In this document: piece after piece, positions 1 through 20,263 of the stretch
Layout: each line of letters starts with the position of its first letter
Position numbering within the stretch: position 1 is the first letter of the stretch
The notes under the pieces: generated by a model
The model's input: the letters and a program-made list of their open reading frames with translations, nothing else
Database searches by the model: none
What the model was told of the DNA's origin: nothing
DNA from: the human T2T-CHM13v2.0 reference genome, Homo sapiens
DNA length: 64,000 bases
Direction: 5' to 3' (one strand)
NCBI RefSeq assembly: GCF_009914755.1
Contig: NC_060943.1
Position numbers and translations under genes: made by a program

Positions 1-76
1 AGGGATTCAGGAGAAGGACGGGGGGAGGGAGGCTGAGATCTCTAGAGGCCAAATGGAGGGGGCCAAGAAACCCTCA

Positions 77-516
<440 letters not shown>

Positions 517-684
517 TTAAGGACAAGCCCCTCCCCCTTAGGCTACCCTGAGCATCTGTAAGTGGGGTCTGGACCTTTAACAAGGTTAAGTCACAAGGTT
601 AATCACAGCAAACTTATCCCCAACTCCCGGCCTTTGGATTTGCTGATCCCTGTGCCTGGAACACCTTTCCCCCAAATCTCTTAC

Positions 685-3945
<3,261 letters not shown>

Positions 3946-4371
3946 GGCTCCCGATCGGATTCAATCCAGGCCACGGAGCCCCGGCGCCGCAGCAGCCTCC
4001 GGGTCCGCCACCAGCGAGCGCCCGCAGCCCCGACCTCCCGCTCGGCCTAGAGCGCCGCCCCGCCCCGCCCCCCTAGGCGCAGGCCCCGCCCCGCCCCCAA
4101 GCCCAGGCTCCGCCTCGGAACGTAATCTCCTCCCTACGCCCGCTCTTGCCTCCAGCCCCGCCATCTTGGATCCGGGCACCGTTCGGGCGCCCGCCCTGCC
4201 GCTAGGGGTCAGCCTGGCCCAGCCTTGTGCATCCGAGGGTGGTCCCACCTCCCATCCTCGCCCTGGCCCTTTTTGGGGTGGGAGGTCCTCAAGATCCTTT
4301 TGAGACGGAGGTGCTCCACCCTGTTACACAAGCGCATTCACGTCTTTTCCCTGCAACTTAAGTAAATTCTT

Positions 4372-4673
4372 TTTTTTTTTTTTTTTTTTTTTTGAGACGG
4401 AGTCTCGCTGTCGCCCAGGCTGGAGTGCAGTGGCGCAATCTCGGCTCACTGCAGGCTCCGCCCCCTGGGGTTCACGCCATTCTCCTGCCTCAGCCTCCCG
4501 AGTAGCTGGGACTACAGGCGCCCGCCACCTCGCCCGGCTAATTTTTTGTATTTTTAGTAGAGACGGGGTTTCACCGTGTTAGCCAGGATGGTCTCGATCT
4601 CCTGACCTCGTGATCCGCCCGCCTCGGCCTCCCAAAGTGCTGGGATTACAGGCGTGAGCCACCGCGCCCGGCC
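4372..4673 (-). mobile_element. Young AluY (AluYe5-like) with intact target-site duplication
   Basis: CpG-rich AluY with Ye-type diagnostics on the Alu strand (GGCGAGGTGG, GAACCCCAGGGGGCGGAGCCTGCAG, GACAGCGAGAC). TSD TTAAGTAAATTCTT at 4358-4371 and 4674-4687. Confidence 0.85.
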
Positions 4674-4782
4674 TTAAGTAAATTCTTGTGTCTAACCACT
4701 TTATAATCGGAGCCGTTGTGCGGGGAGGGGCGAGCCCTGGCACTTTCTATGGACTGGGAGAGGGGATGCTAAAGGGGTTTTC

Positions 4783-5995
<1,213 letters not shown>

Positions 5996-6226
5996 TCCTC
6001 CCTGCATTATTGACTCCAGCAGTAGATAAGGGGACACGGGTATGGTCCTAGGTCGAGAAGAGGTCAGTTAGACACACATGTCCTGGCTGATGGATAGGCA
6101 CCCTTGCCCAGCCTGGATCCGTCTTCCACGATATTCCCCCCGCGCCTTGCCCTCCCCAGATGCGCGCCCGGCATCACCCCCACCTCAGAACCCAGGATTT
6201 GGCTGAAGCTGCCGCGTCGCCCGGGC

Positions 6227-6240
6227 CCACCAGGGGGCGC
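6227..6240 (+). promoter_or_regulatory. CTCF core motif
   Basis: CCACCAGGGGGCGC matches the CTCF consensus CCASYAGRKGGCRS. Confidence 0.7.
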
Positions 6241-8014
6241 GGAGACCGCAGAACGCGGCCTAGGGGGAAGACTGTGCGCCCGCCCTGAAACCCCGGCTGG
6301 GGCGGTGGAGCGGGGGTCAATGGAAAGTGATGGGAATTATAGTTAACAATAAATTGCAGTCACCATGTATGGAGTGCTTACTGTATGCAGTCCTTGCGCT
6401 AAGCGATTTAAATACATAGACTATTGAATCCTCCCCATGTCTCCAGATGGCAAGTGCTGTTTTAATTCCCTGCTTTGCCGGCGAGAAAACAGAGGTTCCG
6501 AGTGGACCGGGTTTTGAGGGGAAGGGTGAAGCCCAGGCTCGCGCCCTGTGACCCCAGGGTCCCTCTGCAACCCCTCCCCGGTAGACGGGCGGGGTAATGT
6601 GCACTAATTAGAGGTTATTAGCTGTACCCAGAGGGAGGGGCGGGCTCTGCATTGGGGGCGGGCCCAGATCGGAGGGGAGGGGCGCTGCTCCCACCCACCC
6701 AGAAGATCCTGGCGCCAGAGACCTTGCCCCGGAGCAGGGTGGGCAAAGTGACAGCTGCTCCCCGCGCGCATCGCACGAACGCAGTCACTCACCCCCAGAC
6801 ACCCGATTACAGCCCACTCATGCGCAGCCGTACGCACCCGGGGGCCTCGGATGCTCGTCCATATCCCCACAACCTCCTCCCGCGTGGTTTTCCAGACTCC
6901 AGCCCCTGGGAGCGGGTGGAGAGGATAGTGGGGGAAGGGGACAAGGGCCGGCAGCGCTGGCTTCCGGACTGGGCTGTCTTCCGGCGGTCGTGGGAACAGC
7001 TGCCGTTGGCTCCCCGACCTCGCATTCACCAGAGGAGAGGGTGCTGCCAATACAGGGAAACAGGGCCACCCCGTTCCCAGGTAGCAATGGGAGGTGAGCC
7101 AGGAACCACAGCTGTTACAAGCATGGGTGGCTGGACATGCTGAGATCACCACATTAGGGCGGGGGTCGCAGGGATTTTGATGTTTAGGGGAAATCTGGAA
7201 ATCCAAATATTTAGGCAAATTGACTTAAATTGTGCTAATGTTGGCGTGATGTTGTGGGCGTCCCAGATGTTCGGGGAGCCAGGAGTCCCCAGACTTAAGG
7301 AAAATCTGGGTGTGCTCAATTTGGGGGAGGAGCATAACCCTCCATTTTGCGGCGGCAGGGAGTCCCACATTTGGGGAAAAGCAGTGAGCTTCTATGTCGG
7401 CGGGGAAGACAGCAGCAATCTCTGTTTTGAAACACAGGGAGCCCCGCTGTGCGGAGATCCAGGCACCTTTAATTCAGCAAGAGGGGCTGAAAAACCCTCC
7501 ACATTTTGGAAGAAGGATCCAAACCCCTGTTTTAGGTAAAGAGAGCCCCCAACGTTTTGGGGGATGGTCTGAAGGCCGCCATTTGTAGGGACACAGAGCC
7601 CTGGTGTGCAGGTCTGGGCCAGCAGCCCCCAGCTGGATTGGGGAGCCCACCCCCTCTACTGGTTTCCAGGAACAGCTGGGCCCAGCCTAGGTTGTACTGC
7701 TGGGAAGCGGCTGACTCAACCCCTCCCTGTGGCCACAGCTGGACCCCGGCCTGCCCCCTCCAGCGTTCACATCTGGGCAGGGATCCAGTCTTCATCAGGG
7801 CTGAGAAGGGGACCCTCAGTCCCACAACTGGAGAACAGTGCCCCTCTGCCACTCCCCTGGCTGACCACAGCCACTGGGTGGACTCCATGCATCATCACCA
7901 TGGAGGACTCTGGCAGGCCCCCTACAGCCCAGATATTGACATCCTGCCAGGAACTCCTAGCCAGTCCCCCCTCCCTGTGTCTGTGTGTGTCTGAGTCCAT
8001 GTGAAATGTGCTAG

Positions 8015-10645
<2,631 letters not shown>

Positions 10646-10779
10646 CTATTTTGCTGGATGGGGTTGCTTTATCAGGATGTATCTGCCACCTACCTATGTA
10701 TGAATATGGCTCTGTTTGCGTCCCTATCACAAACGCTATGTGACTGACGTGCCTGTGTGATTGTCTGCGTCTCCATCCA

Positions 10780-11980
10780 CGTGTGTCCGTGTTCGCTGCG
10801 AGGCTGGCTGGACTAGAATGGGTTGGTGCCAAGATGTGGCAGGTGTATCCTGCGTCCGTGTGACACTGTGGGTCGGGGAGTTTGTTTGTGACTTTGTGTG
10901 TAGGGGGCGGGAAGTGGGAGTCAAAGTCACAGAGGACAGCAGGCTGCGCGGACGCAGTGATGTGCGCAGAGGGCCTCCCGCCCCGCCGTTCCCCTCCGGG
11001 AGGCGCCCTCCCCGCGTTGCGGGGGCGCGTGCGTCGTGCGTGACGTGAGACACGACGGGGGTCGCTGCGTGCGTGGAACCCGACGCGGTCGTGCGTGCAA
11101 GCGCGGGGGGTGGAAGGGCGGGAGCTCTGCACTGGCTGCGTGCGCGCGTGCGTGGGCGGTGGCGGGGGCTGGGCGAGCGGAGGCGCGCAGGGCAGGACCA
11201 GCCCCGCCCCGGCCGGGACCTTGGGGCGCCGGTGAAACCCGGGAGGGGGCCTCCGTTAACCCCTTCCTGCCCGATCCGAAACTTGTGGCCCCTCGACCGA
11301 GCGCCCGGGGGCTTCCCCAGCGCCTGACGGGAGGGCAGTCCCTGTTGGGGGAGGGACCTTTCCCATGGAGCTGAGACCCCCCCCCCCAGTTGCCATGGGA
11401 ACCAGAGCTTCCCGCGTAGCCAGGCGCGTGTTTCCTTTCCCCGCCCAGCCATCCTGCTTTTCCTCCAGCTGCCTAGTCTACTGACAATGCGCTTCCCGCT
11501 CGTGATCCCGGGAGAAGGGGGCTGGGGTCAGCGTCGCCCGGGCGTGCGTGACTCAGGCCAGCCCGGGGGTCCCCTGGCCGCAGCTGGCCTCGCTCCCGCT
11601 TCTCCGCCCCCGTGACTCACCCCTCCCGGCTTTCCCCGCGTGTGACTCAGGCCCCTGGGGAGGGGGCTGCGGAGTCTGGGACCCCTACAGACAGTGGGGC
11701 CGAGAACCAAGTTCTGGGGACTTCGCTCTCCGCGGGGAAGGCCTCCCCCACCAGCGAGCATCCGAGGGCCAGCGACTCCCCTTAGCAAGCCAGAGGCGCC
11801 CCCCCCAACTCCGCCTCTGAATTGGTAGACCCCCCACCCCCACCCCTGCAAACCTCCGGGAACCCAGCCCCCAACCCCTCCTCCCAGCCCACAGGAAGTT
11901 TTGGCAGAGCCCGTCGCGGCGATGAAACGGTTAAAGCCGTTTTCTTATTCATTTCATCCAGGGGCCCATTTTGACTCAGA
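10780..11980. promoter_or_regulatory. Orphan CpG island / AP-1-rich enhancer about 8-9 kb upstream of JUNB
   Basis: CpG-dense. TGACTCA at 11549, 11613, 11643 and 11972; X-box GTTGCCATGGGAAC at 11389-11402; kB-like GGCTTTCCCC at 11628-11637. Confidence 0.65.
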
Positions 11981-12099
11981 GCAAGCCGGCGCCCCCCTCG
12001 AGCCTGGCCTCCTGGGGGCCTGGGTGCATACTCCACCCCACATGTACCATTTTTAGAGAGGGGAGGATGGCGCTTGGTGAGCTGGCTGGGGGTCTTGGG

Positions 12100-12235
12100 T
12101 AGCATATAGAGCTGGGTTCAAATCCTGTCTCTGCCCTCATTGCTGCCTGGACCTCAGTTTCCCCATCTGAAAATGAGGGATCATTATGTCCAGCTTGTTG
12201 GGTTGTTGTGGGGATTAGGTGAATAATAGATGGGA
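12100..12235 (+). mobile_element. MIR SINE fragment
   Basis: CTGGGTTCAAATCC...CTCAGTTTCCCCATCTGAAAATG matches the MIR core. Confidence 0.7.
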
Positions 12236-12739
12236 AACTCTGCATCCAGGGTTGAGCACGGGAGCCAGAAGAGGGCTCCTCCTGTTTCTCAGGCCTGGGT
12301 GTCAGGGTGCCCAGCAGAAGCGAGTCCTTGCCGGGCAGGCCATGCCCCACCCAGACACTCTAAGGCCATGGGGTTCATCTTGTCCACCCCCTGCCCGAGG
12401 CAGGCACCCAGGAAGTGAGAGGCGGGGCAGGAATGAGGCACAACCTGTTGGGCCCGTCACCTCCCCGCCCCCCACCCTCATTCCAGTGCCCTGAGAGGGC
12501 CCCCCCACGCTGCAGCCCCACCCCCGCCGCCCTGGACGCCTGGGTCCTGACCCGCGGGTGGCCCGAGGGAGGGGACGTCGGATGGAGACTGTGTCTCGGG
12601 AACATCCTGTGGACTGCTGGCTGGACAGACGGAGGAGGGTCAGCCCCTCCCGGGGCAGGGCAGACATTGACTGGGGGCAGAGTAAACATGGCCCAGGGTG
12701 ACCAGACAGGGGGCGGGCGGGGGGCTGTAGGAATGTACA

Positions 12740-14110
12740 CACAGTCACCCCGAGAGAGCCAGTCCAGACACACAAACCCCTGTCACCTTGGCCACAGAGA
12801 GACTGCCAGCCAGGGACACACAGACAGGGTCAGACATACAGCTGGGTAAGATGATCCAGCAATGACTGTCACACATGGACACAGTGACAGACCAGACCCT
12901 CAAGCAAGAGACACACACCGTCAAACACATGAACGCATCCACTGGTCAAAAATACGCAGGCAGGCCGTGTGCGGCGGGGATAAATCAACCCAGCACATAA
13001 GCATGATAGACACAAACACACAGAGACTGACATTCAGGTGAGAGGCACACAGCAAGGCAGACACAATGGCGTGTGACACACATGGAGACAAACACAATAG
13101 GCTAGAAACATAGGGGCAAGACAGACACAGAGTGAACTATATGTGAGACAAGCAGGCAACATGTGCATGCTGATAGGAGAGACAGTCACTTTCAGCACCA
13201 GCACCCCGAGAGCCACACGAGAGATATGCAGACACAGGCATGCACTATCAGATCCTGACACGCAAGAGAAGGCAACACACACACACCCCAGATCTCCAAC
13301 TCAGAAGATAGAGACAAGACAAGAGAGACAAACCTAGGGACAGAGATGATGTGTTCACAGTATGGCAGAGAGTCCCTGGCACCCTGGCCCACCACTGTTG
13401 CACACACATCAGAGATGCTCCCAGGGACACCAAGCCGAAGCCTTAGAGGTACACACCATCTCACCAGGAACACACACATGTGGGACCTGGCAACAGATTG
13501 GGTAGATCTGGGCAGACTGACACATTCACAGACATGGTCTGGCCAGACAGTCACACCCAGTGCAGAGAGGCACAGACAGGCCACAGTGGGACATTCATAA
13601 ACACATCGGCACAGAAAGACCATGACAAAACCTGTTTGCACACACACACATGCACACATACAAACGGAGATCAGTAACAGGCAACATACAGATCAGCCAC
13701 AGAACACACACATGGAAACAAGCCACAGACCTCACACACAGAGACCACACACACACACCAAACACAAACCAGCCACAGACCTCTTTTTCACACACACACA
13801 CACACACCAGATCGTATACACACATACATACAGACCAGCCACAGACCTCTTTTTCACACACACACAAATGCACATTACAGATCGTATACACACAGACCAG
13901 CCACAGACCTCTTTTACACACACACAAACAGATCATATACACACATACAGACCAGCCACAGACCACACACACAAACACACATACACACCGACACAAGTTA
14001 GCCATAGGAACTTTGAAACAACCTACACGTACATACATCTAGACCATGTGCAACCCATCCTATAGAGCTCACACACACACAGAGTGGAACAGAACTCTAC
14101 ACAGATAAGC
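12740..14110. repeat. CA-rich low-complexity tract containing a degenerate ~60-bp minisatellite
   Basis: ACCAGCCACAGACC(TCTTTT) recurs at 13768, 13834, 13896 and 13951, interspersed with (CA)n. Confidence 0.85.
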
Positions 14111-15380
14111 CCTACATAGACCTTTGCATCCAGGGCTGGGCACAGAAGCGGGCAGAGGGCTACTCCTGTCTCTCAGGCCTGGGTGTCAGGGTTGGACCAG
14201 CACACACTCTCACATGCACCCTATAGGCCAGTCACACGCTTGCCCCCTGGACCTTGCCAAGGTTCTGTGGGGGCACTGGACACCCCAGTCTGTCTCTGCC
14301 CCACAGAGATCCTGGCACTTCCTCTCTCCAAACATCACCCCCACTTCCCTCCCTCTTTGCTTTTGCCACTTCCCCTAGGAGGCCTAGCTCAGCAGCCTCT
14401 GCTCCTGCTGGGGTGGGGGCCTGCTATAAAGAGGTCACCCAGGGTCTTGGTGATGCCCAGGTCCCCCAAGGCTTCACCAGCAGTGGCAGGGATGGAAGCA
14501 GCTTCCTGAGAAACTCCCCTCATGCCCAACCATGTCAGCCTGGAGAGAGAGAAAGAGAGAGACTCTCCTTCCTGCTTCCAAGAAAACCTAGCAGCTTCCT
14601 CTCCAGGAGAGGGGGCAAAGGACCCCCAAACCACAGAGGTGGGAGAGGGAGGCGGCTGGTAGGCCAGGAGTTCCTGGGGGAGGGCTCCTGCCGGGCCTCA
14701 GATCCACACCCAGGGGCAGGGACACGGGAGGGAGGCTGGGTGCTGTGTGCTGCGATTTGTGGGTTCTCGCCCTGGCCTGCCCACTGGCTGACTCACAGGC
14801 AGCCCCCAGCCCAGTTTCCTAGTGAGGGCCCCACTGGTCAGTGGGGCCAGCAGGGAGGGGGGTCACCGGGCTATTTATAAGAAGGAGAAGTCCCTCGTGC
14901 CAAGACCAAAAGCCCCGAAGACACTTGTGGGTGGGGGTGGGTGAACTTCCTCCTTATCCTGTGCCCTAGGCCCCAGGCCCTGGGGCACTGGGGAAGCCTG
15001 CGCAGGGACTTCTTAGCCAGGTGCTGGTCTGGAGCCCAGGGCCTGGGCAGTACCCAGCTGCCAGTCTGGACGCTCAGGCCAGTTGGGGGAGGGGGCTGTT
15101 CTCCCACCCTCCTCGTGGGGCCGGCCTGGCGCCAGTGGGGCGGCTTGAGGGGGTGGTGCCCAGGCCACAAGGGTGACACTGGCAGAGGCCTGGAACCGGC
15201 TGTACCAGCTTGGCTGGGCCCCCGCCCTCCCTGTCTGGCCCAATCTCCACCCCGTGCTCAAACACCCATGCAGAGTGTTTGGAGGAACCCTACTCCCACA
15301 TGCTGGCCTGTCCACAGAGACCCGTGCCCCTCTGTCTGTGCCCCACCACATTTCTCCCCCAATTAAAGGAGACCCTCAGT

Positions 15381-16699
<1,319 letters not shown>

Positions 16700-17666
16700 T
16701 CAACTCTAGTGCTTCTAGCTGTTGGACACCAGACAAGTTCCTTAATCTCCTGTGGCTCAGTTTCTCATCTGTTACATGGGGATACAAATAACATGCATTT
16801 TGCTGGATTGTTGGAAGCAGTCGATGACTTATTTTATGTTAACCACTTAGAAGAGTGCCTAGCCCACAGTAAGAGCCATGTAAGTGTTGGCTATTAAAAT
16901 AATAATTATTATTTCTCAGCCTATCTATCTTAAGTGTTTCTGAGTCTCACTGTCTGCGTGACACTAACCTTGAACCCATTTGTCTCTCTGGGCATCTCTC
17001 CCTGCCCTGCGCCCCTGCCCCCATACACCCACTGTTCCTTGCCCTCCTCCTGGGATGGACTCTGTCTGGGATGGCCTCACCTCTCTCTAGGACTCCCTCT
17101 GGCATGGCCAGCCTCAGCCCTGGCCAGGGCTGAATTACTGTGGCCTCCTGGCTTTTGGGACCTGCAAGTTAGCTTCCCAAGGTGCTGCCCTCTGGCCTGC
17201 CCTGCCCTGCCCAACCCCCCAACGCTGCCCGCTGCGCCCCCGCGGGGCCCAGCCAGATGTCAGCTGCAGTTATTAGCCTGGGCGGGAGACACAGGCCTGG
17301 CAGTGTGCCTGCCAGACTCACAGGCCTCCGGAATCTCCCTTGAGCCTGGGGAGGGGGAGGGGAGCCATTCAAGCAAGGGGAAGAAGGGAGGGGGCATTTA
17401 GGGGTCACAGGGACCCTCCAAGGACGGGACGCCCCCAGCTTCTGCTGGGACCTTCCTCCAGCAAGGCCACTGCACTGCTGGACTTCCCCCTGCCCCCACA
17501 TAGCTCAGTTTCTTTTTCGCCTCTTTCGTTTTCCTTCTCTTTCCCACACTTGGTGAGATCTAGGCTGCCCCGGAATGGCTGTTTAACCCCTATCCCTTAG
17601 CCTCTTTCTACCCTAAAGAAGAGAGAGGCTCTCTTCATCCTCCAGAAGACAGAGGCCTGGGAAGCT

Positions 17667-17687
17667 GAGAGAGAGAGAGAGAGACAA

Positions 17688-17722
<35 letters not shown>

Positions 17723-17724
17723 CA
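17667..17724. repeat. (GA)n/(GAGACA)n microsatellite
   Basis: Directly visible. Confidence 0.9.
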
Positions 17725-18429
17725 CTAGGCTTCTCACCTCTTGGTCTAGTGGGTTCACACACTAACTGCTCGGAAGTCCCACCTTAAGTCTAACTGGAAG
17801 CCTGACCGTCTGCACCTCGCCGCAGCCCTTCCCGGGAAGGGGCTCTGGGTTCCCTCATATTCTCCCCTTAGATTTTCAGGTCTTCTCTGACTCGGGGAGG
17901 GAAGCTCTCAGATGACAGAGCTACTCTAGGGAAGGAGGGGGGCTCCCTCTAGGTATTCTGGATGATAGTAGGATGGGACCTGCAGACTAAAACGAGAGTG
18001 GGGCCCCTGACTCACATGAGTGAGTGGGGGGTGTTGGGGACGGAGCTCCAGATCTCCTGGCAGAAGGGAAGGGCACCCCACCCGAGGGAGGAGGCAGCCG
18101 CCGTTCCAGCCCGCCCAGGCGCCGGGGGCGCCTCGAGGCATCGGCCCGCCCTCTCCGCGCCCCGTCGGGCCGGGGGCGAAGTCCGACCCAGGCCCGCGGG
18201 CAGGCGGGGACCTGCCGGGCTGGGTTGGGCCAGGCCGGGCCTGGCAGGACGCAGCCCCAAAGCGGCGGGGTGGGGCGGGGCCGGGCCAGGCGGCCGTGGG
18301 GGCCCCGGGGGCGGCGGTCGGGGCTGGTCGGGACTAGCAGTCTGGGGGCCCAGGCGCGCCCTGGGACCTGGCAGATAGTCGGGTTCCCCGCTTCTGGCTC
18401 GGGGCCCCAGGACAGCGCTGGTCCCACCT

Positions 18430-18449
18430 CTTCCTGTGCCCTAATATGG
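18430..18449 (+). promoter_or_regulatory. Serum response element (ETS + CArG) upstream of JUNB
   Basis: CTTCCT (18430-18435) next to a perfect CArG box CCTAATATGG (18440-18449), about 1.5 kb upstream of the JUNB TATA box. Confidence 0.8.
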
Positions 18450-19811
18450 GCGGCGGGGAGAGACTTCGGGGGCCGGCCCGCGCTCAGTCCTGCCCGCGGA
18501 CTCCCGCCTGTTGCCATGGCGACCAGGCCCCGCTCCTCGGCTGCGTCCCCCGCCGTCGGGCCAATGGAACACTCCCCAAGCCGCCTGCCTCCGCGGTCCC
18601 CTGCAGGCACCGCGGGCGGAACCATTGCTTGAGGGGAGAGGATGGTGGCTGGAGGCTGCCGCGGCTGGGCGGGCTCCAAGCACCCGGGCCTCCGCGGGGG
18701 CTCGCACGCCCAGGTTCCTCTTCCGAGGCGCAGGATGCGGCGGGACCCAGGGCGGGGCGCACGGTCCCGTAGGATCCGAGTGACGGAGACAGGGCCGGGC
18801 TCCTTCCCCCGGGGCTGTTGCCACACTTCCTGCCTCTGCGCTCTTTCCCCAGCCTGTTTCTAAGGAAGGGAGTGGGGTTGGGCGACCGCGCCCCAGCCGT
18901 CGGGCTGGGTCCAGGCTCTAGGAGCCGACACGGTGTTGGGCAAAGCCCAGGGTCAATAGGGGAGGGTTTTAGGATGGGGGACAGAGAATACAGATGACTA
19001 AGAGGTTACCATCGAGGGGGAGCAGCAGTCGTGGAAGATCCAGCAGTCCTGGTGCGCGGGACCCTCAAGGCCCCCTCCTCACATGTCAACTGAGTACCCT
19101 CTTATTGTCTTCTCTGCTCCGAAGATGTGTCCGGCCCCTTCTAACTCTCTCCTTCATCCGGGCTAGCAGATGACCCCAGTGGTCCCCAATTTCTGGCAGA
19201 CATGTCTCCATCTTCTACCTGGCATATTTTACCTGCCTCAGTGTACCCCAGGCCGCTTACTAGCTTTCTGCATATCTAGACTTCCCCTAATGCCTCCTTC
19301 CCGCTTACGGGAGAGCCTCAGACTCTGGACTCAGCTCCCATGAGCTCCTGGACCCCTACTCATTTCTTGCAATTTAATGGGTCATGCAGCTCCACCCACT
19401 CACCCCTTTTGATCTCTCCCCTCCTCCGTCCTGTGAAAATTCCAGTCCCGCATCCTTCTGAGCCCGGGACCCCCAGTCAATTCCTGGGTCAGGTGTCTCC
19501 TTAACCCTCCCGATTTACAGTGCTTAACCCTCATTTCTGCTTTTTGGGGTCTCCCAATGGATTGTCAGTCCTCCTACCCCTCTCGTATTCTGGGTACCTC
19601 AGGGGTTTCTTCGCACATACTGGGACCCTCACCCCACTTGCTGCGTACCAGGTCCTGGTATTTGTCCCAGTGGACTCCAGGGAAATCATCCTCCTCCCTG
19701 AAACCCCTCACTCATGTGCCTGGGCCCCCCAGCACCTCCTTCCATGCGTACCCCGAGGTCCTTTGAGCCCCTCCCCCTGCAGCCCCGCCGAGCCACCCGG
19801 CCCGTGGCCGC

Positions 19812-19952
19812 TGTTTACAAGGACACGCGCTTCCTGACAGTGACGCGAGCCGCCTCCTCCCCTTCCCCACGCTCGAGGAGGGGGGCGCGGGGGCCCGGCT
19901 CCGGCGACGGCCAATCGGAGCGCACTTCCGTGGCTGACTAGCGCGGTATAAA
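19812..19952 (+). promoter_or_regulatory. JUNB core/proximal promoter
   Basis: TATAAA 19947-19952; CCAAT 19911-19915; ETS CACTTCCG 19923-19930; IL-6-response-type composite TTCCTGACAGTGACGCGA 19831-19848; forkhead TGTTTAC 19812-19818. Confidence 0.9.
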
Positions 19953-20263
19953 GGCGTGTGGCTCAGGCTGAGCGGCTGGGACCTTGAGAGCGGCCAGGCC
20001 AGCCTCGGAGCCAGCAGGGAGCTGGGAGCTGGGGGAAACGACGCCAGGAAAGCTATCGCGCCAGAGAGGGCGACGGGGGCTCGGGAAGCCTGACAGGGCT
20101 TTTGCGCACAGCTGCCGGCTGGCTGCTACCCGCCCGCGCCAGCCCCCGAGAACGCGCGACCAGGCACCCAGTCCGGTCACCGCAGCGGAGAGCTCGCCGC
20201 TCGCTGCAGCGAGGCCCGGAGCGGCCCCGCAGGGACCCTCCCCAGACCGCCTGGGCCGCCCGG

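Noticed and set aside
13760-13965. Repeat-spacer-like periodicity resembling a CRISPR array
   Set aside because: The 'spacers' are CA-rich and related to each other, the repeats are degenerate, the context is human and there are no cas genes. It is a minisatellite.
13595-14065. Cys/Val- or His/Thr-rich ORFs (also 59308-59768, 60353-60846)
   Set aside because: Translations of (CA)/(TG) low-complexity repeats.
17290-17330. Possible SMAD-binding CAGA element of the JUNB upstream region
   Set aside because: Only short CAGAC matches, which cannot be distinguished from chance.
17987-18826. Long Pro/Arg/Gly-rich ORFs in CpG islands (also 3734-4303, 10736-11452, 21538-22471, 34835-35515, 62172-62651)
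   Set aside because: Stop-codon depletion in very GC-rich DNA; several overlapping frames are open, with no splice or homology support.
20102-20263. ORF-track call of a 401-aa JUNB
   Set aside because: It starts at TTG; the established start is ATG 20264 (347 aa). Kept only as a speculative extension under findings.
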